Assembly (NCBI GenBank): GCA_965140415.1
Contig: OZ223209.1
Span: 1,920,001-1,984,000, forward strand
DNA: 64,000 bases
Source: Myxococcota bacterium
GTDB lineage: Bacteria > Myxococcota_A > SURF-8
Reading direction: 5' to 3'
The notes under the pieces are model-generated. The model worked only from the letters and a program-made list of their open reading frames with translations, was not told the DNA's origin and did no database searches. The position numbers and the translations under genes are program-made. This document shows positions 1-10,301 of the stretch, piece after piece; within the stretch, counting starts at the first letter, position 1; each line of letters begins with the position of its first letter.

Positions 1-240
1 TGCAATAAACGCGGCGAAGTGCAGCACCGCGTCGAACGAGTTGGAGGAGAAGACTTCCTCCAGCCGGTGTTCGTCCAGCAGATCGGCTTCGTGCAGAATT
101 CCGGCTGTTGCCAGTTCTCGATAACCGGTGGATAGATTATCCAGCAGTTCCACGTCGTATCCGGCGTCTTTAAGGTGATAGGCGGTTGTCGAGCCGATGT
201 ATCCGGCTCCTCCCACGACCAGTATATTAGCTGCTGGCAT
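1..240 (-). CDS. galE: UDP-glucose 4-epimerase, 5' part only (runs off the window edge)
   Basis: Manual translation from ATG at 240: MPAANILVVGGAGYIGSTTAYHLKDAGYDVELLDNLSTG...FDAVLHFAAFIA. Has the GGAGYIG, DNLSTG and HFAA motifs of GalE. Confidence 0.85.
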   Translation of the reverse strand, partial: MPAANILVVGGAGYIGSTTAYHLKDAGYDVELLDNLSTGYRELATAGILHEADLLDEHRLEEVFSSNSFDAVLHFAAFIA

Positions 241-319
241 ACGGTGCTCCTTCCGTTATTTCCAGTATTATAAAAGGGAGAGGCGACATGCGCAACGGAA
301 AGCTCGCGTGTTTTCGCCC

Positions 320-348
320 TTGACATCAAGAGGATTATCAGGGATAAC
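320..348 (+). promoter_or_regulatory. Putative sigma70 promoter for the DUF362 gene
   Basis: TTGACA-N17-GATAAC; AAAGGAGG RBS before ATG 379. Confidence 0.4.
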
Positions 349-378
349 CCCTGACTGGACATATAAAGGAGGTTTCAC

Positions 379-1503
379 ATGGCAAAAGCGAAAGTCGCCG
401 TGTTGCGGACGTCGCCGGAAACGGTAGTGGACGACTACCGGAAACTGCTGGAACTGGCAGGCGCCGATAGTGCGATGGACAAGAATGCAACCACCATTTT
501 GAAAGATAACATCACCTGGCATCTGGCATTCCCTGGCGTCAACACCACGCCCTGGCAGATGGAAGGCACGATTTTAGGTCTGAAGGATCTGGGATTTTCC
601 GAGATCGTGGACGTTCACAACCACACGGTTGTTACCGATCCGCACATCGGCGAAGTCAATCTGCATTTCAAAGCGGTGTACGACAAATACGAAATTCCGC
701 GAAAATTCAACTTCGTGGAAGAGGATATGCACTGGGAGATCTATAAACCACGCGCCAAAATGCACGTGCTGGATCACATCTTCCCGGAAGGTATTCGGGT
801 GCCGGATTATTTCCACGGCAAGAATATCGTGCATCTTCCTACTATGAAAACGCATACCTACACGCAGTGGACCGGTGCGATGAAAAATGCATTCGGTGGG
901 CTGCTGAGCCAGAAACGGCATTATACGCATACCTGGATACACGAAACCCTGGTTGATTTGCTGGCGATCCAGAAGGAAATCCATTCCGGCGTTTTCGCCA
1001 CGATGGACGGCACCACCGCCGCAGAAGGCCCCGGGCCGCGCACCGTCCAGCCGCATGACAAAAACGTGATCATCGCCAGCGCCGATCAGGTGGCGATCGA
1101 TGCCGTAGCCGGAAAAATCATGGGATTCGATCCGATGCAGGTCAAATTCGTGCGCATGGCGCATGACGACGGGCTGGGCGTCGGCGATCCGCGTGAAATC
1201 GAAATCGTGGGAGACGAGTCGGTGTTGAAAGAAAACTGGCGCTTCCAGGTTGGTGCGAACTTCGCCACCGGCGCGGGACTGATGCTGTGGCGCTCGCCGT
1301 TGAAAGTCTTCCAGAATTTGTTGTTCCATACGCCGCTGGTTCATGGTTTTGTGGCCGCCAGTGCGATCTATCACGACAAAGTCTGGTACCCGATGAACGG
1401 GGATAAAGTAGTGCAGAACTGGATCAACACTTCGCCGTGGGGGAACCTGTTCACCCAGTATGAACGTGCGGAGCAGATCCCGGATCGTGGTGAACGCGCG
1501 TAA
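379..1503 (+). CDS. DUF362 domain-containing protein
   Basis: LKxN, LPTMKTH, TGAMKN, EGPGP and DQVAIDAV motifs typical of DUF362; strong RBS. Confidence 0.8.
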   Translation: MAKAKVAVLRTSPETVVDDYRKLLELAGADSAMDKNATTILKDNITWHLAFPGVNTTPWQMEGTILGLKDLGFSEIVDVHNHTVVTDPHIGEVNLHFKAVYDKYEIPRKFNFVEEDMHWEIYKPRAKMHVLDHIFPEGIRVPDYFHGKNIVHLPTMKTHTYTQWTGAMKNAFGGLLSQKRHYTHTWIHETLVDLLAIQKEIHSGVFATMDGTTAAEGPGPRTVQPHDKNVIIASADQVAIDAVAGKIMGFDPMQVKFVRMAHDDGLGVGDPREIEIVGDESVLKENWRFQVGANFATGAGLMLWRSPLKVFQNLLFHTPLVHGFVAASAIYHDKVWYPMNGDKVVQNWINTSPWGNLFTQYERAEQIPDRGERA

Positions 1504-1525
1504 GGTCATTCGGAAAGTATCTCGG

Positions 1526-1557
1526 AAGGATGGGTAGTGATCTGCTCATCCTTTTTC
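1526..1557 (+). terminator. Rho-independent terminator
   Basis: AAGGATGGGTAG-TGAT-CTGCTCATCCTT 12-bp stem (two G-U pairs) running into a T tract, 22 nt after the stop. Confidence 0.6.
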
Positions 1558-1589
1558 ATTTGTGCAGTGGGTAAACGAAAGGAAACGCC

Positions 1590-1775
1590 ATGCCGGTCGT
1601 GAATTTAAAGGTGTTAGGCGAACTGACGGACGATCAGAAACGGGAATTGACGGCTCGCTTTACCAAAGACCTGGAAGAGGTGGCCGGAAAGCCGCCCGAG
1701 TACACGTATGTGATTATCGAGGAAATCCCCAGGAACAATTGGGGTCACAAGGGTGTACTGTTCTCGGACAAATAG
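1590..1775 (+). CDS. 4-oxalocrotonate tautomerase family protein
   Basis: 61 aa; catalytic Pro1 after Met (MPVVNLK), QKREL, VIIEE..NWG pattern. Confidence 0.9.
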   Translation: MPVVNLKVLGELTDDQKRELTARFTKDLEEVAGKPPEYTYVIIEEIPRNNWGHKGVLFSDK

Positions 1776-1885
1776 GGAATGTTTTGGGATATGGGGTTTG
1801 TTGTCGCAACATGAGACAGCAAGCTGCAACGTGAAGTTTCCGTTTATACAAGGTCGCCTCTGGTGTGAAGCGAACAACCCCCATC

Positions 1886-2431
1886 TTATTCGAACGCGAA
1901 GGAAACCTTGGCGGCAAGGGTGATGTAAAGTGGATCGCTCCAGCTGTCGGGCAGGATCAGGTGATATCGCGCTTCCAAGCCTGCGCCGATGCGATCCGTG
2001 GCGGCGAATTGCAGGGCAAAGAGCACATGCCACACGCCTTGAAAGCGCCAGCCTTCGTTATCGACGTTGCGCAGTAACGGTCCGATGCCGCTGCCGATGG
2101 TGACCATCAGAGGTAACAGGTCGATATCGTAGTTCACTCCCGCCGTGGCATCGAGCAAGTACCCCTGTTTTTTCAGATCCAGTTGCAGCATGCTGAAATC
2201 GGTATCCAGCTTAAGATACAATCGGTCGAACAGGCGATAGCCGCCCATCCAGCCGATGTTCATGCCGTGCTGTTCGCCCGGTTCCTTTTTCAGGTAAGCA
2301 TATCCGAGCCGAACCTCGGTCAGCCATTCGGGAGGGTCTTGATCGGCCAATGAGGGACGCTCGGAAAGCACAAGCAGGCCAAACGCCATTAAACCAATGA
2401 GGATGAACTGTGTGATACGTAACGGCATCAT
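1886..2431 (-). CDS. Small outer-membrane beta-barrel protein
   Basis: Signal peptide (PSLA-D), alternating amphipathic strands, C-terminal KVSFAFE. Confidence 0.6.
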   Translation of the reverse strand: MMPLRITQFILIGLMAFGLLVLSERPSLADQDPPEWLTEVRLGYAYLKKEPGEQHGMNIGWMGGYRLFDRLYLKLDTDFSMLQLDLKKQGYLLDATAGVNYDIDLLPLMVTIGSGIGPLLRNVDNEGWRFQGVWHVLFALQFAATDRIGAGLEARYHLILPDSWSDPLYITLAAKVSFAFE

Positions 2432-2533
2432 TCTCTCTATGACTGTGATTCAAAAAGCAATGAGTGGAAGTCTAGCCCGGCCCGGCAAACGATGCAAGCC
2501 CAAAGCATCCTATCGAAAATACGCATAAAGCGG

Positions 2534-2563
2534 TTGACGCAGCCGAAACTCTGAGCCTATGAT
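2534..2563 (+). promoter_or_regulatory. Putative sigma70 promoter
   Basis: TTGACG-N18-TATGAT, about 40 nt upstream of ATG 2606. Confidence 0.45.
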
Positions 2564-2605
2564 GTTTGGCGATCCTAATTGTTGGTCTTGAAACGGGGAA
2601 AAGCC

Positions 2606-3478
2606 ATGAAAGTATCGGTGCTGGTGGAAAACTCGGCGGGTGAAAATAGCGATTTACAAGCGGAATTCGGCTTGTCCATGCTGATTGAAAGCGCAGGCAA
2701 GCAAATCCTACTCGATACCGGATCGAGTGGCATCTTTGCCGACAATGCTAAGAAACTGGGGATGAATTTGGGCGGCATCGATCACATGCTGCTCTCTCAC
2801 GGGCATTTCGATCATGGCGGTGGTTTGGACGCCTTTTGCGAGCAGAATCAAAATACACCGGTTATCCTGCGCAAGGGAGCCGATCGACCGAGTTACGGCA
2901 CCATCGCTCCCGCCTTGCCTGACCTGTTGCATCGCAGCGGCATACTGACACGCTACATCGGCTTGGACGAGGGTATTCTAAAGAAGTATGCGGATCGTTT
3001 GCAGTGGATTGAAGAGGATATGGAAGTTTCTCCGGGTGTATGGGCGCTAACCTCGATTCCACGCGATCATCCCATCCCCAACGGCAATCGCTTTCTTCTG
3101 GTCCGGGAAAACGGGCATTACCGGCCCGACGATTTCAGCCACGAACTGGTGCTGGTAGTCGAGGAAGAAGGAGAGGCGGTTGTCTTTTCAGGCTGCGCCC
3201 ATAATGGAATTCTGAACATGCTCGACGCCACCCGGCGACAGCGTCCCGAACTGCCCATCCGGGCGGTGGTCGGCGGTTTTCACCTTAACCTGCCGCGCTC
3301 GGAGAATATGTCCGCCCCGGCGGAGGAAATTCGTGCTTTGGCAGAGGAACTGGGAAGGCAGGTTACGGGAACGATTTACACCGGCCATTGCACCGGTCAA
3401 GAGGCGTATCGCACGATGAAAGAGGTTTTGGGGGATCGTTTGCAACCGCTGCATACGGGGGCGCAGTTCGAAGTTTAA
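2606..3478 (+). CDS. MBL-fold metallo-hydrolase
   Basis: LLDTG, SHGHFDHGGG (HxHxDH), SGCAH, GGFHL, GHCTG. ATG 2606 preferred over TTG 2579. Confidence 0.85.
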   Translation: MKVSVLVENSAGENSDLQAEFGLSMLIESAGKQILLDTGSSGIFADNAKKLGMNLGGIDHMLLSHGHFDHGGGLDAFCEQNQNTPVILRKGADRPSYGTIAPALPDLLHRSGILTRYIGLDEGILKKYADRLQWIEEDMEVSPGVWALTSIPRDHPIPNGNRFLLVRENGHYRPDDFSHELVLVVEEEGEAVVFSGCAHNGILNMLDATRRQRPELPIRAVVGGFHLNLPRSENMSAPAEEIRALAEELGRQVTGTIYTGHCTGQEAYRTMKEVLGDRLQPLHTGAQFEV

Positions 3479-3491
3479 GCCAGCCTACAAA

Positions 3492-6164
3492 CTACTCTTT
3501 GCTTTCGCGAGTGCGCCGCTGTTTCCAGTCGAACAACAGGTTCAGCGCATCCAATGGCGAAAGGGTATCGGGGGTCAGTCGGTCCAGTTCATCCAGAATC
3601 GGATGCTCCTGGCTCTGGCCTTCTTTGGCCGGTCGCGGCGTGAAGAGCGAAAGCTGGTTGGGATCCTGCCCTTTGCCGAAATGACGCCCAAAGACCGGCA
3701 GTCCGTTTTGATCGTCGCCGCCGCTTTCCAGATTCTCCAACACCTGTTTGGCGCGCTGGACTACATCGCCCGGCAGCCCCGCCAATCGTCCGACCTGAAT
3801 GCCGTAGCTGCGGTTCGTTGCGCCATCGACCAGCTTGCGTAAAAAGATGATCTGTTCTTCCCATTCCTTGACCGCAATATTCATGTTGCGCACACCGCTT
3901 TTCAGCCGCGCCAGTTCGGTCAGTTCGTGGTAATGGGTGGCGAACATCGTGCGCGCGCCGATGCGGTCGTGGATGTATTCCGCCACCGCCCAGGCGATGC
4001 TCAGACCGTCGTAGGTTGAGGTGCCGCGCCCGATTTCATCCAGAACGATAAGGCTTTGTTTCGTGGCGTTGTGCAGGATGTTGCTGGTTTCCGTCATTTC
4101 GACCATGAAGGTACTCAGCCCGCGCACCAGACTGTCGCTGGCTCCAACACGGGTGAAAATACGATCGGTAACGCCTACTTGCGCCTGTCGCGCCGGAACG
4201 AAAGAGCCGATCTGAGCCAACAAGGCGATCAGCGCTACCTGTCGCATGACCGTCGATTTACCGGCCATGTTCGGGCCGGTCACGATCAGCAGTTGATTTT
4301 CATCGGCATCCAGTAGCGTGTCGTTTGGAATAAAGGGTTCGCCCTTTTGCAGCGCTTCCACCACCGGGTGGCGGCCATCGACGATGCGCAGTTCGTCGCC
4401 GTCGGTTACTTCGGGACGCACGTAGTCGTTTTTCGCGGCGATTTCCGCGAAGTTGGCCAGGGCATCCAAAGCGCCCACCGCTCCGGCAGTGATGGTCAGC
4501 GAGCGGCTTTTTTCCGACACCTTTTCCCGCAGCAGTTCGAACAACCGGTATTCCAACTCGTTGCGGCGCTCTTCGGCGTGTAGCACCTGGTCTTCGAATT
4601 CCTTCAACTCCGGCGTGATGAAACGCTCGGCGTTGGTCAAGGTTTGCTTGCGGATGTAATATTCCGGCGCTTTTTCGGCGTTGGCTTTGGATAACTCGAT
4701 GTAATAACCGAAGACTTTATTGTAACGCACCTTCAGGCTGGGCACACCGGTAGCCTGCCGCTCCTTGGCTTCGATGCTCAGGATTTTGTCTTTGCCGTGT
4801 TCCGCCAGATCGATCAACTCGTCCAATTCTGCGGTGTACCCTTTTCGGAACATGCGACCCTCGCGCACCGTCAAGGGCGGATCATCGGCGATTGCGTGAA
4901 TCAGTTCGTCGCACAGTTCCGGTAAAGGATCGATTTTCTTCGTGAAAACGCCGAACAGGTCTTCGCGCTGCGTCTCCAGAAAATCGTGCAGCACGCGCAG
5001 TCCAAGTAAGGCATCGCGCAATGAAGCCAAGTCGCGCGCGTTGCTGCGGTTCATCGTGATGCGCGCCGACAGGCGGCTGATGTCTCCCACATCGTGCAGC
5101 ATTTCGCGCAAGGTATCGCGCAACGGTCCGTGCAAAAACAGTTCTTCCACCACGTTCTGACGCGTTTTGATGCGCGTCAGATCCAGCAGCGGATAGTTAA
5201 GCCACTGTTTCAAGGTGCGGCTGCCAAGCGGTGTGCGGCAGCGGTCCAGTATGCCTAAAAGCGAACCCTGCTTTTTGTTGCCGACGATAGTGCGTTCCAA
5301 CTCCAAATTGGTTTTTGTGGTTTCATCGAGCACCATGAAGTCGTGAATGGCATAAGGAAGCAGCGCAACGATGTGCCCGGCATGTTGTTTCTGGGTGTCC
5401 TGAACGTAGCTCAATAGCGCACCGGCGGCGCGCAAAGCCGAATCCATGTTCTCGACACCGAAACCCTTCAGGCTGTCGGTCTGGAACTGGCGGCAGAGCA
5501 ATTCCTCGGCGCGTTGCAGGTCGTATTCGATATTCGGGCGACGGTTGATGAGAATGTCGCTCTGCTGGATCGACGTACTGGCTTGCAGTTCGATTTCCTG
5601 CGCCGAATCGGGCAGCAGTGCTTCGCGCGGCGTCAGCTTGATCAGTTCGTTATGCAGATCCGATAAAGCATGGACTTCGGTACAGCGGAATTCTCCGGTG
5701 CTGATATCTAACGCTGCCAGTCCGGACCGTTCTTCATCGGGCCAGATGGAAACGAGGTAATTGTTTTCATCGGCGGAAAGATTCTCCTGCTCCAGCACCA
5801 GGCCGGGAGTGACGATGCGTGCCACATCGCGCTTGACCATGCCTTTGGCCTGCTTGGGATCTTCCATCTGTTCGACGATGGCGACCTTGTAGCCTTTCTC
5901 GATCAGGCGCGTGATGTACTGATTGGCGGCATGATAGGGAACTCCGGCCATCGGCACCGGAGATTCGGAGTTTTTATCGCGCGAGGTCAGGGTGATATCG
6001 AGTTCGCGCGCCGCCACGCGGGCATCTTCGTAGAACGTTTCGTAGAAATCGCCGCAGCGGTACAGGATCAGGGAGTCGGGATTGTCCGCTTTGACCTGGA
6101 GAAAATGCCGCATCATCGGGGAGGGTGCTTTGGCAGCAGCGCTTTTTTTACGAGTGGCCGTCAT
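3492..6164 (-). CDS. mutS: DNA mismatch repair protein MutS
   Basis: GDFYETF, MAGVP, Walker A TGPNMAGKST, STFMVEM, DEIGRGTSTYDG, FATHYHEL. Confidence 0.98.
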   Translation of the reverse strand: MTATRKKSAAAKAPSPMMRHFLQVKADNPDSLILYRCGDFYETFYEDARVAARELDITLTSRDKNSESPVPMAGVPYHAANQYITRLIEKGYKVAIVEQMEDPKQAKGMVKRDVARIVTPGLVLEQENLSADENNYLVSIWPDEERSGLAALDISTGEFRCTEVHALSDLHNELIKLTPREALLPDSAQEIELQASTSIQQSDILINRRPNIEYDLQRAEELLCRQFQTDSLKGFGVENMDSALRAAGALLSYVQDTQKQHAGHIVALLPYAIHDFMVLDETTKTNLELERTIVGNKKQGSLLGILDRCRTPLGSRTLKQWLNYPLLDLTRIKTRQNVVEELFLHGPLRDTLREMLHDVGDISRLSARITMNRSNARDLASLRDALLGLRVLHDFLETQREDLFGVFTKKIDPLPELCDELIHAIADDPPLTVREGRMFRKGYTAELDELIDLAEHGKDKILSIEAKERQATGVPSLKVRYNKVFGYYIELSKANAEKAPEYYIRKQTLTNAERFITPELKEFEDQVLHAEERRNELEYRLFELLREKVSEKSRSLTITAGAVGALDALANFAEIAAKNDYVRPEVTDGDELRIVDGRHPVVEALQKGEPFIPNDTLLDADENQLLIVTGPNMAGKSTVMRQVALIALLAQIGSFVPARQAQVGVTDRIFTRVGASDSLVRGLSTFMVEMTETSNILHNATKQSLIVLDEIGRGTSTYDGLSIAWAVAEYIHDRIGARTMFATHYHELTELARLKSGVRNMNIAVKEWEEQIIFLRKLVDGATNRSYGIQVGRLAGLPGDVVQRAKQVLENLESGGDDQNGLPVFGRHFGKGQDPNQLSLFTPRPAKEGQSQEHPILDELDRLTPDTLSPLDALNLLFDWKQRRTRESKE

Positions 6165-6180
6165 CGTTACTGAATCCGTT

Positions 6181-7140
6181 TCAACTCGGGTCTACAATCA
6201 GTCTGTGTTTGAGATCCTCAACGAGGCTGTACGGGTCCATTTCGCGTTGTGCCAGCCGTTCGCGCCAGTCCCGGTATTCATCGGAGGCCAGCATTCCCTG
6301 TACCTTCTGATTGAAGGCATCGTAGAGCAGATCGAAAAACTGAAGTTCCGCATTCTGACGTTTGCGCTTTTCCAGTTGTCCGGTTTTTATAAGCCAGTCC
6401 CGATGTGCCTGTACCGCGTCTACAACTTCATCGATGCCTTCGTCTTTGAACGCGATGGTTTTCAATACTCGTGGCTGCCAGGGATCGTCGCCCTGCGGAT
6501 GCACCATTTCCAGCATCGTCTGTACGTCGTTGTAGGTGCGCTCGCAACCTTCGCGGTCGGCCTTGTTCACCACGAAAACATCTGCGATTTCCATAAGGCC
6601 CGCTTTAATGGCCTGGATTTCATCGCCGAGGCCGGGCACCATGACCACGATGGAAGTATGCGCCATCTTGGCGACATCCACCTCCGCCTGACCGACTCCG
6701 ACCGTTTCAACGATCACCGGATCTGCACCCCAGGCTTCCATTACGCGAATGATTTCACCGGTGGATTTGGACAGACCGCCCAAATGCCCGCGTGTAGCCA
6801 GCGAACGGATGAAGACTTCTTCATCGGTGAAATGATTTTCCATGCGCAACCGGTCGCCCATAATCGCCCCACCGGAAAAGGGGCTGGTCGGATCGATGGC
6901 CACCACGCCTACCCGGCATCCCTGCTTGCGGTAACGCGCAATCATGCGGTCCACCAGGGTGGATTTGCCCGATCCCGGATTTCCGGTGACGCCGATGATG
7001 GCGGCTTTACCGGTGTGAGGATACAGGGCTTTCATCTGATCGACGTTTCCTTCGAAATCGTCATCGCACAAGCGCATCAGTCGTGACGCCGCGCGTAAGT
7101 TACCCGCCACTACTTTTTCATATAGCTCCATCGCTTCCAT
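6181..7140 (-). CDS. meaB: Methylmalonyl-CoA mutase-associated GTPase MeaB/ArgK
   Basis: GVTGNPGSGKST, AIDPTSPFSGGAIMGDRLRM, ETVGVGQAE, NKAD. Confidence 0.93.
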   Translation of the reverse strand: MEAMELYEKVVAGNLRAASRLMRLCDDDFEGNVDQMKALYPHTGKAAIIGVTGNPGSGKSTLVDRMIARYRKQGCRVGVVAIDPTSPFSGGAIMGDRLRMENHFTDEEVFIRSLATRGHLGGLSKSTGEIIRVMEAWGADPVIVETVGVGQAEVDVAKMAHTSIVVMVPGLGDEIQAIKAGLMEIADVFVVNKADREGCERTYNDVQTMLEMVHPQGDDPWQPRVLKTIAFKDEGIDEVVDAVQAHRDWLIKTGQLEKRKRQNAELQFFDLLYDAFNQKVQGMLASDEYRDWRERLAQREMDPYSLVEDLKHRLIVDPS

Positions 7141-7169
7141 CCTAACGAATCAGTCCAAACAGAGGGGCT

Positions 7170-7197
7170 ACTATAGCAAAGTTTCCAGCCTTTGCAA
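7170..7197 (-). promoter_or_regulatory. Putative extended -10 promoter for meaB-mutS
   Basis: Minus strand TTGCAA-N16-TATAGT with a TGn extension. Confidence 0.4.
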
Positions 7198-7411
7198 GCG
7201 TACTGAATGCGCTTGTTTAAATCGGTGCAGACTCCTCCTGAATGGATCTTTAATGTCTGTGAAAACAAGTAGATAGAGAATTCTGAATTTTTTTGTTGAA
7301 TTCCGATTTTAAATCATTATCCTCGCGTGGTCTTTTTCCGGGACGCCCTTCAATTGTTTTATTCGGCGTCTCGTGTCTGTCGATGGCGGCTAGCCAGTAA
7401 GGAGGTTCACC

Positions 7412-8287
7412 ATGAAACATCTTCCCGAATCGCTGCGCAGTGTAATTACACGCCTTCTTGCAATCACTATCGGGGCCGGTATCATCGGTTTCGGGTTGAA
7501 TTTCTTCAATATAGCCAATCATCTGGCGGAAGGCGGCCTGGCTGGATTGGCGATCCTGATCAAGTTCGGTGTGGACATCAACCCCGGTTCCACTCTGCTG
7601 ATCATGAATATTCCGCTGTTGATCTGGGGGACGATCGAACTGGGAGGGCGTCAGACCGTGTATACAGTGTACGGAACGGGGGCGCTGGTATTGGCGTTAT
7701 GGATTTTCGACTCCATGCGTATGCCGCTGGGCGATCCTTTACTGGCGGCTTTGTATGCGGGAGTTTGTATGGGATTGGGACTGGGATTGGTCTTCCGTTT
7801 CGGTGGTACCACCGGTGGTGCGGATATTCTGGCGCGTATTGCCAACAAGCGCTTCGGCTGGAGTATCGGCAGTACCTTGTTCGGCGCGGATATCTTCGTG
7901 CTGGCGTTGTCGCTGGTTTATCTCAATTTACAACAGGCGATGTATACGCTGGTGGCGGTGTTTATCGGCACTCGCGTCGTGGATCTGGTGCAGCAGGGGG
8001 CGTACCGCGCCAAGGCGCTGATGGTGATCTCCAACGCGGAAAACGAAATCAGCCGGGCGGTCATCGACGAACTGAATCGTGGTGTTACGATTTTAAAGGG
8101 TGTCGGTGGCTACACCGGACATCAACGGGAGATTCTGTATGTCGTGTGTGCCCGGTCGGAACTGGTGCGCATCAAGAGATTGATCGAAAGTGTGGACCCT
8201 ATGGCGTTTGTGACGGTAACCGACGTTCACGAGGTGATCGGCGAGGGCTTCTCGCGGCGTTCTCCGGCTGTTAGCCAAACGGCTTAG
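7412..8287 (+). CDS. YitT family membrane protein (DUF161 + DUF2179)
   Basis: LAEGGLAG, GGTTGGADI, RGVTILKGVGGYTG, DPMAFV..VIGEGF; AAGGAGG RBS. Confidence 0.9.
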   Translation: MKHLPESLRSVITRLLAITIGAGIIGFGLNFFNIANHLAEGGLAGLAILIKFGVDINPGSTLLIMNIPLLIWGTIELGGRQTVYTVYGTGALVLALWIFDSMRMPLGDPLLAALYAGVCMGLGLGLVFRFGGTTGGADILARIANKRFGWSIGSTLFGADIFVLALSLVYLNLQQAMYTLVAVFIGTRVVDLVQQGAYRAKALMVISNAENEISRAVIDELNRGVTILKGVGGYTGHQREILYVVCARSELVRIKRLIESVDPMAFVTVTDVHEVIGEGFSRRSPAVSQTA

Positions 8288-10179
8288 GGGGCTGTTTCTT
8301 CCGTTGGCGTTGGTTTCGCCTGGATGCGGGAAAGAAAGCGCCCTGCACCTAAAAACAGGTTGCGATTGCCTTGCGTTTCGGCTTGATCGTTCTCGAAGTG
8401 AATGGCGATGCGGTTGGGACCGCGCCGCAGCGTGAATTCGAAGGCGTAGCGCACGAACTGATCGCTGACGGCGTCCTGCTCGTCGATCTTTTCTCCATTG
8501 ATCCACAGTTGCATACGCGGGTACTTGCCCTTTATCGCCGTTGCACTGGCGCCGAATTCCAGACGAACCGGACCGGGTACGAACTCTCCTTGCAGGTACG
8601 CTTCGCCGTTCTGATACAAACGCCACTTCTGTTTGCCTTCCCAGGCAGTGGGAAGGAATTTCAAGGTCATGCGCTTTCTAAGGCGGCGAAGTGGAATGTC
8701 GTATCCGAGTTCCGCATTGACGATCGCCAGATTCCCTGCAAGTCGGTAATTGCTGCGATCCTGCCGCCAGGCGGCGGAGGCATAGGGAAAAGCTTCCGTG
8801 AATTTCCCCTGTTCGATCAGGATCTCCGCCATCTGATTCAGGGCCAGCGGATCTTCGGGATTGACTGCCAGAATTGACTTGGCAATGCGCCGGGCTTCGT
8901 CGTAGTGTCCCGAATAAATGCAGTAGTCGCCATAACGCCGTAAAACCTGTTGTTCGGCTGGGATGTTTTCCGCAGGCCGTAAAATCATCGTTTCTCCCTT
9001 TTGGGGGAGATGAACAAAGGGTTTGAGCGTATCCATTACAATATCGATGCGATTACGCGAGCGCCATATTTCCGAGATCCACAGAGCCTGAACCGCATTA
9101 CAGGGAGAAGCCGCTAACAGTTTGGAATCCGGGTAGTTTTCTTCGTTGAACTGGTTTAGCGCCGGGCGAACCTGACCGGCCAACAGCAAACGTCCACCCA
9201 GTTCCAACTCGGCTTGTTGGTCTTTATTGTGTACGTGTTGGTATTGCGCCGCGAACACAGCAGCAAGGGGAGATTCTCCCGCCTGGGCAGCGGCGTGCAT
9301 TGCTTGCACAAGGGCTGAAGATTCAACGAAAGGCAAACCCATTCGGCGAGCGGTGACAAGATCTTCCAATCGCTGTTTCAACTTCGCTTGCACCGAAGCC
9401 GGGGTTTTCTCGTCGCTTATTTTCTGTTGTTGGACGCAGAGACGTGTTTCTGCATCGATTTCAAAGGCGTGCATCAGTGGATCAAGCCAGCCGATAACCT
9501 GCACCGCAGTGAGAATAATGACAACGAGCAGCCATACTTTGGCAGCTTTTAAAAGGTGTGACTGGCAAATTCCGTGTAGTTTTTCTTCCGCTGCCAATGC
9601 CACCGCCGCGCCAAGGAAAAGCGTCCATGCAATTAGTGCATACAGAAAGGGCAACTCTGCGCCTGCGGCAACTGCGGTGCCAGGCATAAGCCAAAGCTGA
9701 TCGTTATAGAGTGAGCCATCAAGGACGAGACTCTGCGACGAAATATTAGGTGGAAACCAAAGAGTGGCAACCCATGCTGCAATTGAGGTGAACACGGCCA
9801 GCACCAGCAAACCTAACCAGAGAAAACGAGAAAAAGGGGAGGGCGATTTGGGCGGTGGACGTAAGCCTGTTAATTGGAGTGCTGTAACAAGAAACACCAG
9901 TAATATCAATGGCCCAAGCCAGAATACGCCGTCCAGGTACCAGCCGCGCCAGCTATGAGCAGCTACGAATGATGCCAATAAGATGTTTGTTCGAAATAGA
10001 AAGAGGGAAGAAAAGGGGGAATGCTGGCTGATCCGTTTCAGCAATATCGCCTGCCCAAAAAGCAACAGTATAAACCAGCCTTGCGCCGGAATGTAGACCA
10101 GTGAAAAAAGGCTGATAGCCAAGAATGCAAAAACAAGGCTTTTATCAAGGCGTTGCATGTTGTTTCCAGGCGTAGTCAA
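8284..10179 (-). CDS. Multi-pass membrane protein with TPR repeats and a C-terminal carbohydrate-binding-like domain
   Basis: About 6 N-terminal TM segments, TPR-like helices (YDEARRIAKSILAVNPEDPLALNQMAEILIEQGKFTEA), C-terminal YPRMQLWING...IHFENDQAETQGNRNLFL resembling CBM60-type modules. Confidence 0.55.
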   Translation of the reverse strand: MTTPGNNMQRLDKSLVFAFLAISLFSLVYIPAQGWFILLLFGQAILLKRISQHSPFSSLFLFRTNILLASFVAAHSWRGWYLDGVFWLGPLILLVFLVTALQLTGLRPPPKSPSPFSRFLWLGLLVLAVFTSIAAWVATLWFPPNISSQSLVLDGSLYNDQLWLMPGTAVAAGAELPFLYALIAWTLFLGAAVALAAEEKLHGICQSHLLKAAKVWLLVVIILTAVQVIGWLDPLMHAFEIDAETRLCVQQQKISDEKTPASVQAKLKQRLEDLVTARRMGLPFVESSALVQAMHAAAQAGESPLAAVFAAQYQHVHNKDQQAELELGGRLLLAGQVRPALNQFNEENYPDSKLLAASPCNAVQALWISEIWRSRNRIDIVMDTLKPFVHLPQKGETMILRPAENIPAEQQVLRRYGDYCIYSGHYDEARRIAKSILAVNPEDPLALNQMAEILIEQGKFTEAFPYASAAWRQDRSNYRLAGNLAIVNAELGYDIPLRRLRKRMTLKFLPTAWEGKQKWRLYQNGEAYLQGEFVPGPVRLEFGASATAIKGKYPRMQLWINGEKIDEQDAVSDQFVRYAFEFTLRRGPNRIAIHFENDQAETQGNRNLFLGAGRFLSRIQAKPTPTEETAP

Positions 10180-10239
10180 TCAAGCGAATCCTGTTGAAAT
10201 AAGATTATTGAAGTTCCGCAAGCTGATAATATTACTTCA

Positions 10240-10276
10240 TAAAGAACAGGCCGGGCACAAAATTGGCCCGACCTGT
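10240..10276 (-). terminator. Rho-independent terminator after the giant-lipoprotein pair
   Basis: Minus strand ACAGGTCGGGC-loop-GCCCGGCCTGT followed by TCTTTA. Confidence 0.6.
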
Positions 10277-10301
10277 CAATATTAGACGTTTTTACATTAA
10301 G

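Noticed and set aside
6082-7086. 334-aa plus-strand ORF (likewise 574-1509, 16662-17732, 40258-41460 and similar)
   Set aside because: Antisense to well-supported genes, with no recognisable motifs; expected at this GC content.
3492-7140. Functional link between meaB and mutS
   Set aside because: Adjacent and probably co-transcribed housekeeping genes with no shared pathway evidence.
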